Shown here piece by piece: positions 9,901-38,850 of a stretch of DNA of 39,151 nt (the first letter of the stretch is position 1; each line of letters begins with the position of its first letter). The stretch is taken from positions 187,050-226,200 of the forward strand of contig NIVC01001803.1 in assembly GCA_002269645.1 (NCBI GenBank). The letters are read 5' to 3'. Both the position numbers and the translations under genes were made by a program. The notes under the pieces are model-generated. The model had not been told where the DNA came from, made no database searches, and saw nothing but the letters and a program-made list of their open reading frames with translations. This DNA comes from Macrostomum lignano (lineage: Eukaryota).

Positions 9901-12367
9901 CGCTACTTCGCAATCAAGGCTGGTCGACGCTTGCTAAATTTAAGCTCAGTCGGCAGCAAATTAACAAAAAAATTAGCAGCAGTAGAAGAGCTGCAATCAG
10001 CAATAGTCTGCTGCGGGGAAGCGCTGAGCAGAGGGAAAGAGTCAAATTCTCTTTCTCTCCATCTGGGAATAGCAGGCGAATTCGGTGCTGGCAACGGAAG
10101 CCCCGTGACGGGCCGACTCTGGCAGGCCAACAAAGAGGAAAAAAGAGCTGGATAAAAACTGGGCACCGGAATGAGTCCAGCCAGAGCCGCAGTACTAATC
10201 TATCTTCGGAGCGGCAAGAAAGATACGGAATTATAATGGCTGGGGGGAATTATTCAGCGGCTTTGGCACCGCCGGACCCCCAGAGATAAAGGCAGCTGGC
10301 CCGGATCACGCAACCCCAACCCCCCTTTTTTGGCTGCTCAATTCGCTACCCAAGTCGAGCCAGTTTTCATCGGCGGTAGGGGGGGGGTTACGCTACCCAC
10401 TAGCGAGTAAATAAATTAGGCTGCTCATGGCCGCTGTAGCCTAAGCCAGCGACATCCTTGAAGGTCAGGAATGTGTTGGAGCCTCTTGAAGTTCACCGCG
10501 CACTTGATTCTGCAGTTTGCGTCTGTGTTTCCAGACATTGTTTATGCTTGCACTGTGTTGGATATTTTAGGAACTCTAGAAATAAAAAGAGGCCGCGACC
10601 GACTCTGTCACGGCCTTTCCAGCTGCTCTTGCCGGTCCCATCTGCATTAAATTTATTGCCCCCACGCGAGGGTAATAGCTAAAGCATAAGCAGGTCGCAC
10701 TCTCTGTGCATCCCCGATGCGCTGACCTTTCGAGTCAATCTTCCAATTACTTCAGTCTCAGATTCTCTCATGCCCCATCATCACAGGGAACGCATCCATT
10801 CACAGCGGTTGGGCAAACGAGTCGGATCAGGGCATCAATAATTGAGCAGTCCAGGGCCGGCCTGCGGCTTCCTCAGTCCAGGATCGCCGCATCAAAACCA
10901 ATGCCAGGCCCGATCTAATCGCAGGGATTCTATTCCTCTGCTAATTTGGAGCTCATTGGTCCAGTTTTAGTCCTGCTCTTGAGATGCCTCTAAGGCTCTG
11001 GGGAAGGGGGAGGAGTTTCGCACAAGCTGCATCCTAACTGACCCCACTGGTTAAAACCAGTTCTTGTCTGACCTCTATTTCTGGTTCGTGCTTAACCATT
11101 TTTGAGTCAGTACTATTTTGAGTAAATGGTGCGGCCCAGTCGCTTTTGGGCAGACTGGGGAGAGTCTGAGTCTTTGTATCTCCCCTTAGTACCTGAAAGG
11201 CAAGCTATAGACAAAAAATCTACGTTCATTCACTGTTCTCCGCCACACTACACTATAATTCCCACACAACGCCTTCCTTTTTTTCGCTTAGATATCATTG
11301 GATTATTTCCAAGACAAAAGAATTGGCTTCCTCCTTCTTAGTGGACTATATGACCTCAGATGACAGTGAGGCATATCCAGAGCCAATCGGACCATTCACT
11401 GACGGCCACGCTGACGGCCACGCTAGAGTCGGCTCACTCGGGGCTACTTCGGGTAGTCTTTCAAGTTGACGAGAGCGTCCGGTCCAACGCAATATACGAG
11501 AGGGCCCAGCAGCAACGCCCATCCACCATCCGGCGCAGGCGTAGACTCCAACTGGCAGGCCACATGATCCTGGCTGACAGTTAGCTACTGCCTTTAGCCT
11601 GTCCAGGGCATCCTGCTGCTCACTTTGCCAAGATCATTCGGGTGGGATCAAGTGAGGACCCGGAGATACGTGGACTGCAGCCTGAGCGACGCTGGAGCGC
11701 CTGACACTGTCAATGACTGGCTCTTCGGAGCGCCATCTGACTCTCCTCTACCGACTTACTGGGACTGTGTACTTTTTTGTTTTGTTATTGGTGTTGTTAT
11801 GCTCATCTGATACTTCTCTTGTTACATTTTGAGCTGAGACATGTATTAAGTATATCCATTCGATTCGACCTATTTGCTACCACATTTGGTTTTGGTTTCA
11901 CCGCAGACTTCTTACATGTACGTGAAGCACTTCACTCCTAAAATCGATTCTCTCTCTCTCTTTGAGTCGCACCGAACGTGGAAGCCAGACAAAATAAATT
12001 TTATGAGACATCTAAAATTCAACTCCTTATTAAACGACACCTTATAGTTTTGTCAAACGCCTAAAATTCCAACCTCGGACCTAGTAGAGGGCTAAGATGA
12101 AACTCTGCTTTGCGAAACACCCCCCCCTTAGGGCGTAAAGAGGGACACCACTTGTTTTTAGTTAAACAACTTTTACGGGCACAAGTTGCATGCGTGTGGC
12201 TTCGACAACGCAACCTTCGCTCCACCGTATCTCAACTGATCTACCATTTTTGCCCACAATTTTGTCCGCCACGGAAATCCACCAGTTCTCGCAAACTATT
12301 TTCTTCCCAATTTCGCATCGAAACTATAAACTCACCTGTTGTGCTTTTCGCGCGGCGACTTGGACAT
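786..12367 (-). CDS. Gene model (7 exons): HHD/harmonin-N-like domain + Pro-rich region + single C-terminal PDZ scaffold (whirlin/harmonin/PDZD7/delphilin-related), about 1245 aa if the exon-6 frameshift is repaired
   Basis: complement(join 12336..12367, 9152..9770, 7634..8936, 4662..4930, 4060..4405, 1010..2036, 786..932). All introns are GT-AG and phases match (2,0,1,0,1,0). HHD and PDZ motifs are recognisable. Confidence 0.8.
1010..2036 (-). CDS. HHD-PDZ gene exon 6: acidic segment, poly-Pro/Gln, first half of PDZ; contains a frame discontinuity at about 1750-1803
   Basis: Acceptor CCCGCAG|GT, donor CAA|GTGAGC. Ends RQITLVKAGGTFGLSVTMAKREGDLPAVLVSAVATGSPAYQQ (PDZ bA, GLGF-like loop, bB, bC, aA). 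Length 1027 nt does not fit the phases; ORFs 1747..2073 and 998..1750 are in different frames. Confidence 0.75.
4060..4405 (-). CDS. HHD-PDZ gene exon 5
   Basis: Acceptor CATCTCCAG|GTT, donor A|GTGAGT. 346 nt, phase 0 to 1. Confidence 0.75.
4662..4930 (-). CDS. HHD-PDZ gene exon 4
   Basis: Acceptor TTGTCAG|AT, donor CAG|GTTTGA. 269 nt, phase 1 to 0. Confidence 0.75.
5395..5700. repeat. Imperfect CT-rich (TCTCC/CTCT) polypyrimidine tract in intron 3 of the HHD-PDZ gene
   Basis: About 300 nt made almost entirely of C and T. Confidence 0.9.
7634..8936 (-). CDS. HHD-PDZ gene exon 3, low-complexity acidic/Ala-Ser-rich region with short coiled-coil-like segments
   Basis: 448-aa ORF. Acceptor CCGTAG|GTG, donor G|GTGAGT. 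Length 1303 nt fits phase 0 to 1. Confidence 0.85.
9152..9770 (-). CDS. HHD-PDZ gene exon 2, harmonin-homology domain
   Basis: LRKAAHQLLSREECETFKAALRAFRETTTAGQLISSLEKIIDSPKKLSLLREITLLLPMEQRRDF fits the whirlin/harmonin HN-like helical pattern (LLS.xE..F...L..Y/F...L...L..xxDSP.K..LL..I..LxP). Acceptor C14-AAG, donor CAG|GTAAGC. Confidence 0.85.
11440..11730 (+). mobile_element. Degraded 3' fragment of an RTE-clade-like non-LTR retrotransposon ORF
   Basis: LLRVVFQVDESVRSNAIYERAQQQRPSTIRRRRRLQLAGHMIL, then after a stop and frameshift PVQGILLLTLPRSFGWDQVRTRRYVDCSLSDAGAPD. Matches the post-RT motif MLR...N..LY......IR.RRL.LAGH. Confidence 0.7.
12336..12367 (-). CDS. HHD-PDZ gene exon 1 (MSKSPREKHN-R)
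   Basis: GCC-ATG context with an in-frame TGA 7 codons upstream. Donor AG|GTGAGT is phase 2, matching the exon 2 acceptor. Confidence 0.65.
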
Positions 12368-13611
12368 GGCGTCGTACTGATCGAATCAGATCTTCAAAGT
12401 CGCGTACGCTGCGCCGCAGTAGATGGAGCTGCACGCGGGCAAGCCAATTCGGCTACGAAACAAATGTTTTTATGCTGCCAAATTCCGAAAAAGTACACCA
12501 GGATCGAAGATAAGAATAGTGAAGCAATGAAATAAAAGTTTGTTTCTGCTTCAAAGCGCAAAGGTAAAGGAGAGCGAGACAGCGAGACCAGCGGGTTCGG
12601 CTCCTGTGCTCAGCTCTCAAGGCCCCTCTCGTTCTCGGCCCTCTTTTTTGATAAAAAACAGTATTCGAATGCTAGTTGGCAAGAAACAGAAAGGCCGCAG
12701 GATCCGGGAAGTAGCTGGATAGCCGAAATCGGGAGAAAAAAATAGGAGAACTTGGAGGGAGAGGGAGATGGGGAGGTGGACTCGAAAATTCCACACGGGC
12801 CCCGGCACCTCAGAAGTCGTGCGCAGCTGCGATGAGGTGCGGGGTGGCAGCTGAGGCCAGATATTGTGCGCAGCAGTCTGAATATTGAAACGGCCGCTCA
12901 GTCTCTCTGTCCGCCTTCACCCTCACTTCTATATCTCTTCTCTCTTCTCCCCGCGACTGGGACAGCAAGATAGGGGGGGGGGCAGCTATGGGAGCTAAAA
13001 TACGGTAGGAGGGAACCGGGGGAGGGCGGCAGAAGACCGGTTGGCGCTGGGCGGTTGGCTGGCTGAGAGAGATCAGAGATGCAAAAAACTCTGGACTAAG
13101 GCTTAGGAAGTCGACAGGAAGAGGGGATGAGGAGGGGAGAACGAAGAGGGACGAGGTGGAACCAAAGGGTCCAGCTGGATTCGCTGAAGGGGTAAGGCGA
13201 TTGGGGGACAGCAGCAGTGGCTGTGCCGGCGAACCTCACTCGATCCCCTCTATCTTCCCCACTTTCGGTCGGTGTTCGCCCCCCCCTTTCCTTCCATCTG
13301 CGGCACAGGCGCTCCGTACCAAATAAGCCGCTATCTCACACTCCTTGGCACAACAATTCCTCTATGTCGCTGCCCGCTACCATCTATCATTTCCAACCTC
13401 ACTTTCTCCCCGTCTCTCCCCTGTGAATGGGCCAGTTTCGCGAGCTACTTCTTTTGCTGGAAGAAGGTCCTGACACGATTGCTGGGTATCAGTTGAAATT
13501 AGCTATCAAATCTGCTATAAGTAATGGCTAATTAGTATAATGCTGAAATTAGTATTGGTAGTATGAGTACGTATTTTACAACCTCGGGTGAGGATAAAGG
13601 TCATGCTAGAA

Positions 13612-13670
13612 CAGGGGCGTTGCCACCGGGGGGGGGGCTGGGGGACATGTCAGTGCTTTGTCCTCCCGCG
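13612..13670 (+). repeat. Short G-rich dispersed repeat (MITE-like), copy 1
   Basis: CAGGGGCGTTGCCACCG(n)...GGGGACATGTC...TGCTTTGT is similar to the reverse complement of 28221..28312. Confidence 0.5.
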
Positions 13671-13764
13671 CCACCTTGTGACCCGTTATGGAAATCAATA
13701 ACTTTGCTTCAGGGCGCCATAATGAGTGTTAAAAACAATACTGTACGCATTTAGTCATGTAAAC

Positions 13765-14012
13765 TGGCCTGGTCCGTCCAAGTGACCTGTTGCGACGTCG
13801 GCAACTCCAGCTGGAAGGCCACATCATCCGCGCCGAGACGTACTGCCCGCAGCCGGTGCTGGAGGTGCTGCTGCTGACGCTGCAGGCACCGTGGGCAGAG
13901 CCGCACTCAGCGTTTCGTCGACTGCCTTCTTTCTGACGCCAGCGCCCCGGATTCGGTCGGCGGCGTGCCGTTCGTTCGCGACCTGCCCTGAGGTGCGCCC
14001 TGTGACGATGAC
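13765..14012 (+). mobile_element. Second degraded 3' fragment of the same RTE-like LINE family
   Basis: RPSDLLRRRQLQLEGHIIRAETYCPQPVLEVLLLTLQAPW, frameshift, RFVDCLLSDASAPDSVGGVPFVRDLP*. Collinear with the 11440 copy. Confidence 0.7.
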
Positions 14013-14629
14013 TGCGTATTTTGTTGTTGTCGTTGGTCATGTAGAATTTTTGTCTTTGTGTCCCCCACAAGCATGAAATCCATGGCGACGCCCCTGTGCT
14101 GGAGTTCGAACATTCGCATTCTTGTATCAGAGGGAGATTTTTTATTGCGTCATCCTCGCAGAAACTAGCCGAGCGCAGCCCGTCAGTAACCTTGAGACAG
14201 CCTCTAAGAGCACTCGAACCTGACTGTTAGATGCACCACTTGAACTGGCAGACACGATCGAGCGAGCGGGTCGCACGTCTTTCTGCAATCTATTTTCGTC
14301 CGCGACCAGAGCTGAGCACCTCCAAAGAGCTTCTGCAACTCTAATACCATTTAATTATTCATGTCAAAGATGGCCGGCCTTGGAACTCAGAGGGAGTAAG
14401 CTGGGCTTTTCCATCCTATTTTTACGCTGCAGAGAGCCAAGATACTTGTCACTGCCTAATGCGGGTGCCAATGCGAACTGCTTGTTTACTAGTACGGAAT
14501 GATTGATTGATTTACTTGACTAGCTAAGCAGGAGCCTGGGACAAAGCGCTCTCAAAGCACTTTCGGGATACTGAGTGTTTTCTGAACTGATTTTTATCTT
14601 TGGTTTTGAGTGTAGTAGTAGTTGTACTC

Positions 14630-14912
<283 letters not shown>

Positions 14913-15144
14913 CAGCAGTAGCATTAGGAGTAGTAAAACTCCTCCTAGTTTGGCTTTTGTGTAAATTTTGTAAAAATTGTTCAATGTTTTAAACCATATC
15001 TATAAAATCCGTCTTCCATAGCCTATTGCCGCACAATAAATAATCCTTCACAAAGTTCCTTCCTAAAGTGGCCTCGACGAGCTAAAACTTGCTTAAGCCT
15101 GGTGGTGCTTCTGACTTGGGATTGTGAAAGCATTCCAGCATGCC

Positions 15145-15210
15145 GAAAGGAATTGATCAGATCAATAAGATCTGCACAGCTACGCTGGTATGCTGCCACC
15201 AGCTTTGCTA
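15145..15210 (+). mobile_element. Possible short LINE relic
   Basis: KELIRSIRSAQLRWYAA resembles the RTE/CR1 motif I(R/K)..QLRW.GH; very short. Confidence 0.3.
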
Positions 15211-15808
15211 CTAAAATACCGCAGCTATTTTTTCCTCTCGCTCCCCTCTACCCCCTTCTCACGGGAGCAGGGGTTGAACCGTGGCAATGGAGAGAGGAAA
15301 AGGGAGAGAGCCCGAGACTGCTAGGGCCAGCTGAGACCCTGACGGTCCAAATAGGCGATCGCGGCGAGAAGAAATCGATTATTCTGATCACCCGCATATT
15401 TCGGCTTCTTGCCTCGGTTTGAGCAGCCCTTTCAGCCAGCCCCCCCCTCCCCAAAGTGCGTCAGACCTGGGCAGCCAAGCTGTTCAGCCTAAGAGTCGCA
15501 CAAGCCTTCTGCCTCCCGCGGTGTTTTATGCGCACAGAGCTCGTACCGACTCCGTTAACAACCCCCGCCTCTCTCCTCTCTAGACGCCTGTTGTTTGGCA
15601 GGGAACCGCCCAAATTAGCTTTGACAACCAGCTCGATAGTTAGCTTATTCCGTCAATAAAAGCTAGAAGCGTTACGCAGAGAGGCGCGACCAACTTTGAT
15701 ACAGGATTAGCGATTCTTCAACAACAGACACAGGCTATTAAAAGTTTTCTAAGGAAAACTTCAAAAAAACTTTGAAGCAGAGAGCGAAGTTGCTGCAATT
15801 GTATAATC

Positions 15809-15871
15809 ATGACAAGTCAGCAGCCGCAGTCATATCCGAATCCTAGGCCGCTGAGCTATAACCAGTTTCAG

Positions 15872-15903
<32 letters not shown>

Positions 15904-18622
15904 ACGTCAGCCCCCACCAGTGCCAAAGAAGCCGTCAATTCGAGAGCGTCCTCCGCATCAACACGAAGACAACTGGTTCGGTCAAAGCCAGCAACCGCCG
16001 CCTCATCAGCACCAACATCAGGACCCACAGCGTTTGAAGAACTCCACCCTGAGGGACGAACATCCAAACGGCACCCAGCCAGTGACATCACCTTGGCTCA
16101 ATAAGCAGTTGCAGCAAGAAAATGGTGGCACTGAGAACGGTACTAGTTACGCTTCTCAAGCAGCTAGACGCTCTCACCAGCCCCATGAGTCTGAGCTAGA
16201 CGATCTGAAAACGGAGAACCGTGCTCAAAGCCGCGAGCTGGACACAAATCGATACATTGAACGCGAAATGAATCGCAAGCTGAAAATAGCGGACGATGCC
16301 TACATGCTGAGGCATCTGATCAAGGACAAGGAGAGACAAATCAACAACCAGGAGAAAGTCATCGCCGACCTCACGGAGGACAATGCAAGGCTTGGTGAAG
16401 ACATTGCTGACAAAGAGCGCATGATATTTCAGCTGCAGTCAGAAGTAGACAACCTGGATCGAGTCATTGTCGCTAAGAATGCACTGAAGGAGGCTGAAAG
16501 ATTGCAGGCGGTTAGCGAGGAGCTGGACAGGACCAAAGATGAACTGGCAAGCATCGAGTTGGAGGTTGATGGCGCCAAATCTGAGTTAAAGAGTCTGCAA
16601 AACCAGCTAGCAAGAAAGGAGAGAGAGGTAAGAGCAAAAAATGAGCAGATTGAGAACCTAAACCGCGAACTTGTTGAAGCCAAGAGCTCCATCGCTAGTG
16701 CGGAGAACGAAAAAGCGGTGTCGGACAGTCACTATCGAACAGCCGAGCGCGAGAACAAGGCGCTTAAAGAGCAGGTGGACAAGCTCGCTGACTACCGCGA
16801 ACGATGTCGAAACCTTGAAGAAGAGAACGCGTATATTTCTGAAGCTGTGCGAGCACTGGAAGCTAAAGTGTTCCATCTTGAGACACTTAAACGAGACAAG
16901 GAGACCCTTGAAGAACTAGTGCATGATCTGAAAATGGCCTTAAAGGACAAAAATAAAGTTTTAAAGGATCGACGAGACTTGCTAGTTGAGACCCAGCAGC
17001 TTAAGGACATGTTGCGAGAAAAGTCCACAGATGAAGAGGGCCTGCAGCAGGAGTTGGGGAAGCTCAAGGATGTTCTTAACGAGCTTGAGCGTGAGAATGA
17101 CTTCTACCGCGATCTTGAGACTGACTTTCACAAAATTAAGAAGCGCTACGAAGACCTAGAGCGAGACAAGTTCAAGAACGAGCTGCTTGTTGCAAAGCTG
17201 AGGCCAAAAGTTGAGCGCTCGCAAAAACGCTGCAAGGAGAAGGACGACCTGATTCGACGCCTGGCTAACGAGCTTCGCGGAGGTGGGGAGCGCTTGCCGA
17301 GGGAGCTGCTGCAGGAGGCGGATCAGAATCAGAGGAAAACTGTAGATGACTATGTTGATCCGATCGACTACCTGGTCAACCCGGACGACACGCCGCTCTC
17401 AGAGCAGATCGTCGCAAAGTCACAGGGTCGACCCAGATCCAGTGACCAGGCACCGCTTTCACCACTGTCGCAGTCGGAGCAGCAGCAGCAAAAACAGCCA
17501 CAGAAGCAGCCACAAAAACAGCCTTATTACTCGCCTGCCTATGAAGATCCTCCAGCGTCGCCAAAAGCCGCATACGAGCCGCGCGCTGCCACACAATACC
17601 AGCAACAACAGAAGCCGCAGCAGCAGAAGCCTGAGAGTGATTACCCTAATTACGCTAATAATCGTGATCCACATAAACACCAGCAACCGGAAGATCCAAT
17701 TAAACCTCAGTACCAGTCTCAGCCGCAGCAACAGCAACCGACACGTGACGATTCAAATGACTATCCGTCACTTCGCGCCTCGCGACAGCCGCAATATCGT
17801 CCCGCTGACGATCCGTACTCGAGTCCCTACAGTCCAGCAGCTGCGGCGTACCCTGTGCAGCCCGAACCAGTGCGACTGCGGGGCCGTTCGCCACCACAGG
17901 CCAGACCTACTGCTGCCAGGTTGAGCCGCGCCGACATTGAGCCCACAAGAAATCGGCCGACACCTCGGCTGCTCGATCCGCCGATGAACGTACGCATTAG
18001 CCGCATCCTTGGCGACGGCAGCATCATGCTGGAGTGGGAAGCGCCGCAGCTGGACAATCTGGACCGGAACCAAGGCGTTGTGGTTGCTGGCTACAGAGTG
18101 TTCGTGAATGGTGTCGAGGAGCAGACCGTGGTGAGCTGCCGCCTAACCAAGTCGCTCATTCCGAAGACTTCGCTTGGCGCTCTCGTCTCACTGGGCGTTC
18201 AGACATTCGGCTACGATGGTGAAACATCGGACAAGATTGAAATACCGGCAGGCGATGCCGCTAAAGGTCGCAGTCCGGGCAGGGACGACGCCCCCATAGG
18301 CCGGCCAAGCAGCGGGCCTATGGATCCATATTACTCTTCGCCGTCGCCCAAGTATCAGCCACAGCAGTCACCGCCGCAGTTTTCACCGTCACATATGCAG
18401 CCTCATGAGGAGCCACAGCAGCAACAGGGCGCAAAGCGACGCGCTGCTAGAGACTACCGACCGAGTGAAGAATCACCATCCGCTTTTCCCTCTTATGAAC
18501 TTGAGCTGCGCCGCGGCGACGATGTTACGACGTTCGGTCCGATGCGCCCCGACGGAATGTATAACGCTGAGGTGAATGGGCACAGGGGTCTGGTGCCTGG
18601 CCAGCTGCTGGAATTGAACTGA
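15809..18622 (+). CDS. Intronless RIMS-binding-protein-like protein: Gln/Pro N-terminus, long coiled coil, one FN3, C-terminal SH3 (937 aa)
   Basis: Uninterrupted 2814-nt ORF. Heptad-rich segment at about 16190-17280. FN3 at about 17969-18248 (LDPPMNVRI...GSIMLEWEAP...VAGYRVFVNG). SH3 at about 18437-18619 (RDYRPSEESPSAFPSYELELRRGDDVTTFGPMRPDGMYNAEVNGHRGLVPGQLLE) has the RIM-BP-type DY.P...SP.....EL....GD....FG....DG.Y..E.NG..GLVP pattern. Confidence 0.88.
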
Positions 18623-18906
18623 TTCAGTCGATGCTGATGACTACTAGTAGAAAAGTATAAGCGTTTTGATGAGCTGTTTGCAGTGAACATCAAGATAGAT
18701 AATTTTGAGCAATGGTGCCAATCAAACCATTTGAATTCGTTTTTATGTACGCAGTACTTTATAATTACAGTTGTTGCAACGCAAAGAAAGATCACCAGAA
18801 AGCTCTCTACGATCTTCCATCTCATTTGCAATCTGCATCATCGATTAATTTGCTAATGCGAAGAAGAAAAACTTTACTCCAAGATTTCTGGACTTCATCA
18901 ATATTA

Positions 18907-19212
18907 AATAAATTTCGAATTTGTGCCATTGTACAACTTTTCACTATTGTGGAATAAGCGAAACTCTTGCAATACCTTCTGAACTGGATCCAGTTCGCAA
19001 AACTTTCTCCATGCAGTCGAATTTTCGTTTCTTTGAATAATTAATTTTTCTTTGCGTTCTAAACTTTTCGATTTCTTTCGGCTGTTTTGACATATTTTCA
19101 AATTCAAAGAAACAGATGTTTACTGTTCTACTTACGAGTATTACGGCTTTTTTTTTGTTTGCCTTCTGTGAAGGCTAAAGTGTTTTACCTATCGCAATAT
19201 AAAGCTAATAAA
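18907..19212 (+). promoter_or_regulatory. Candidate polyadenylation signals for the RIM-BP-like gene
   Basis: AATAAA at 18907..18912 and 19207..19212. Confidence 0.35.
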
Positions 19213-21746
19213 AATTAATTCATACTTATTGAGGTAATTTGTTAAAGTAAAAGTATGCTTTTAAGGCTGGTTCACACCTCTGACAATTGAGACATCAAAT
19301 GTCAAAACAAAGCAACCGTGAAATGTCTTCTTATTTGAGAAGGCAAGGTAATGGTATCCGAAGAAAATTCCTTTGTGTTATTTTTATCTAAAGACAATAT
19401 TTTTATTTACTGATTTCTATGATGACCAGCCAACGGCTGATTAGAATACTTTGTTCAAAATATATCGAGCATGTTATCGGTTCCTGAAAAGCGTTGACTT
19501 CTTGGCTTTGACTCGTTTGTTTTCTATTGGCGAGTCATTAACTAAAAAAGCCTAAATTTTCAACTCATTGTTTACAAAAAATACCGAAACCGCTTATTGC
19601 CAATAAGCTAATCATTAGGGTTAACTGAAAGGAACAAATGCGTTATATATTACGTTGCAGATGTCTTTTTAGGACAGCTGAGAACATGGTTGCGACCTTG
19701 TCGATTTATTCTATTTATTTATTTTACTGATTTCTCCAAAAAATCCGCCTACTTTTCAGAATAGTAACAACATAAGCCCCGGATAGCGATGTCGCCCATA
19801 TTCAAAACTACGGTTATGTATTTATGGACCTGTCGATAATTCTCGATCGTTACATATGCATAATTGCTAGAAAGCAAAATAAATGATGGAGAACTTGCGG
19901 AGCTACTTATTCAGACAAAATTAAAGCTATCTATATGTGGTAAAAATGAAACTTTCTAACCAAAATTTCGTTAACCTGGTAATTAAAAATATTTTAACTA
20001 CACAATCATGCAATTAATCAACGCTAGCTATTTAAAAACTGAACGCTTTTTAACGAACAAGCGCACAATTGTGGCAAGTCCTTAACAACTACATTTTCAG
20101 TTTATTTTTCATATTAAATGTTCTCCAAACAGTAGAGAAACGCAAATTTTTAATAGTGTTAATTATTTTAAAATATAAATTTGCTCAAAACATCACATTG
20201 TTTCCTTTGGAAATGGAAACCCCATGGTCACGCATGCTACTTGCTTTCAGCACAACTGATCACATATATGTATGAGCATATCATTTCAGAAAGACACCCC
20301 AAACTGCATATACTGTATTTTTTCCAACTGGAGGTTTCAATGCACACGAAATAATTAATTATTAATGAGTTACCCGTGTACATGTACATGTGCTTGTACC
20401 GTAATTCAAATTTTACACAATCAACTCTACTTTAGTAGGTAAAATTTGTAGTTGACTAGTATAACTAAAAACACTAGCATTTTAAGAACACAAACTATAA
20501 TACATCTCGAAGAAATCCCGGTCTCCCCTGGTTTGTATTTATTTTAGTGAATGAAAATACACAAAAGACACAAATATTTCAATAAAACTGTAAGAGAAGG
20601 TATAGGAAAAGAGAAAAACTAAATGATTCACAGTAAAGTCGGCAAGTGTAGTAAATATGACACAAAATTTGATAGTTATTAGCGATAAATTCGTTAATAA
20701 AATGGCGCGAAGAATTAAGACAAGAATAAATCAGCAAGCCTGATAATAAAAGCTTGCTTAACACAGATGCGATGACAGCAACTCGACATGAGTTTTAGCA
20801 ATTAGTGCTTTGGCGCCACAAATTTAAAGAAACCATCGGTTTCAAATACAATAGGAAAATAAATAATTTGTTAAAAAGGGTGTTTTTGCTTTCTTTAATA
20901 CGCGTTGGTAATTCTGCTCGATCATTGAACAATAGAAGCTAGGACTGACAATAAAGTTTTGAATTTAAAGCAATGTAACAATTCAGTTAAAAAAAGCTTA
21001 ATAAGTATACATGGTTAGTAAAATAATGAAATTGTAGATAAAAAATGCGACAAAACGCAATTTATTGCGCACACAGCAACGAACAGTGAACAGTTTTGTC
21101 AAAAGACTGTCGCAAAGGGAATAGAAAGTTAATGAAGACATCAGCCAGACAAGATGCGTGAACAAATTTTACACCCTAAAACAAAATAACGTCGCGGTTA
21201 TTATTTAAAGAAAAAGTAATTTAATTCAATGAAAAATTTATAACACTGTCCAAATTACATGTAATTCTTTTAATTACTTAATGAAATAGTACAAATATAG
21301 TACAGAAACGATTACGAACATGTACACAGACGTCACGGCACCACAAGATGAAATTATGTAACCTCCAAGCACTGTATACAAGGATTGCGTCGAACATCGA
21401 ACAATACGAATGATATAGCCATTGGATCAATTATTAAATAGGAAAATAAAAAGACAGTCACATCAGTGTTACAAAGTTCATTCACAACAGTGCTATGTGA
21501 ATATTATATTGGAGTATTGAATATATTCAGATACTGCTCAGATAAGCACAAAAGGAACGCTAAAAAAGTAGATAAAAGTCGGGAATTTCATGGAAAAAGC
21601 TCGCGCAAATTTTGCTCAAAAAGCTATTTGCTGCAGCTGGAATCTTTGAAGCTAAGCTCTGCTTTCAGTTACAAATAAGAATCAGGATAAGCTCATATTT
21701 GCAATTGACACATGGCTACTTTTCAACGAATTCTCTGGGACTGCTC

Positions 21747-38449
<16,703 letters not shown>

Positions 38450-38589
38450 CTGCGGTGTGGGGCGATTTCGAGGGAGATGTACTTTTGTTGATTCTGATTC
38501 AGATTCAGTGTACTTTTGTTTGCTCTGTGCTTTTTTTGTAGTTAATTTCAATTGTTTTCTGATGAAGATTTACGAATGAACTTTCATGT

Positions 38590-38850
38590 ACCCGAAAGTA
38601 CTTTTGCTGAAAGTTCGGGTGTAATGCACTTTTAGCGACTGTTTGTGCGTAATGTACTTTTGGTGATAATCAGATGCAAGGTACTTTTGGTGACTGTTAA
38701 TGCGGACTGCATCTTTGGTGACTGTCCTGTTGTAATGTACTTTTAGTGACTGTCGAGTGTAATGTACTTTTGGTGACTGTCGGGCGCATTCAACTTTTAA
38801 ACTCTTGTCCGGGCGTAATGTACTTTTCGTGACTGCTCGGTTGTAATGCT
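38590..38850. repeat. Degenerate ~27-bp intronic repeat (TGTAATGTACTTTTGGTGACTGTC...), about 9 copies
   Basis: Recurrent GTAATGTACTTTT(G/A)GTGACTGT motif. Confidence 0.75.

Noticed and set aside
19262-19277. TAA-GGCTGGTTCACAC, a Harbinger-like terminal repeat
   Set aside because: No matching opposite end was found in the window.
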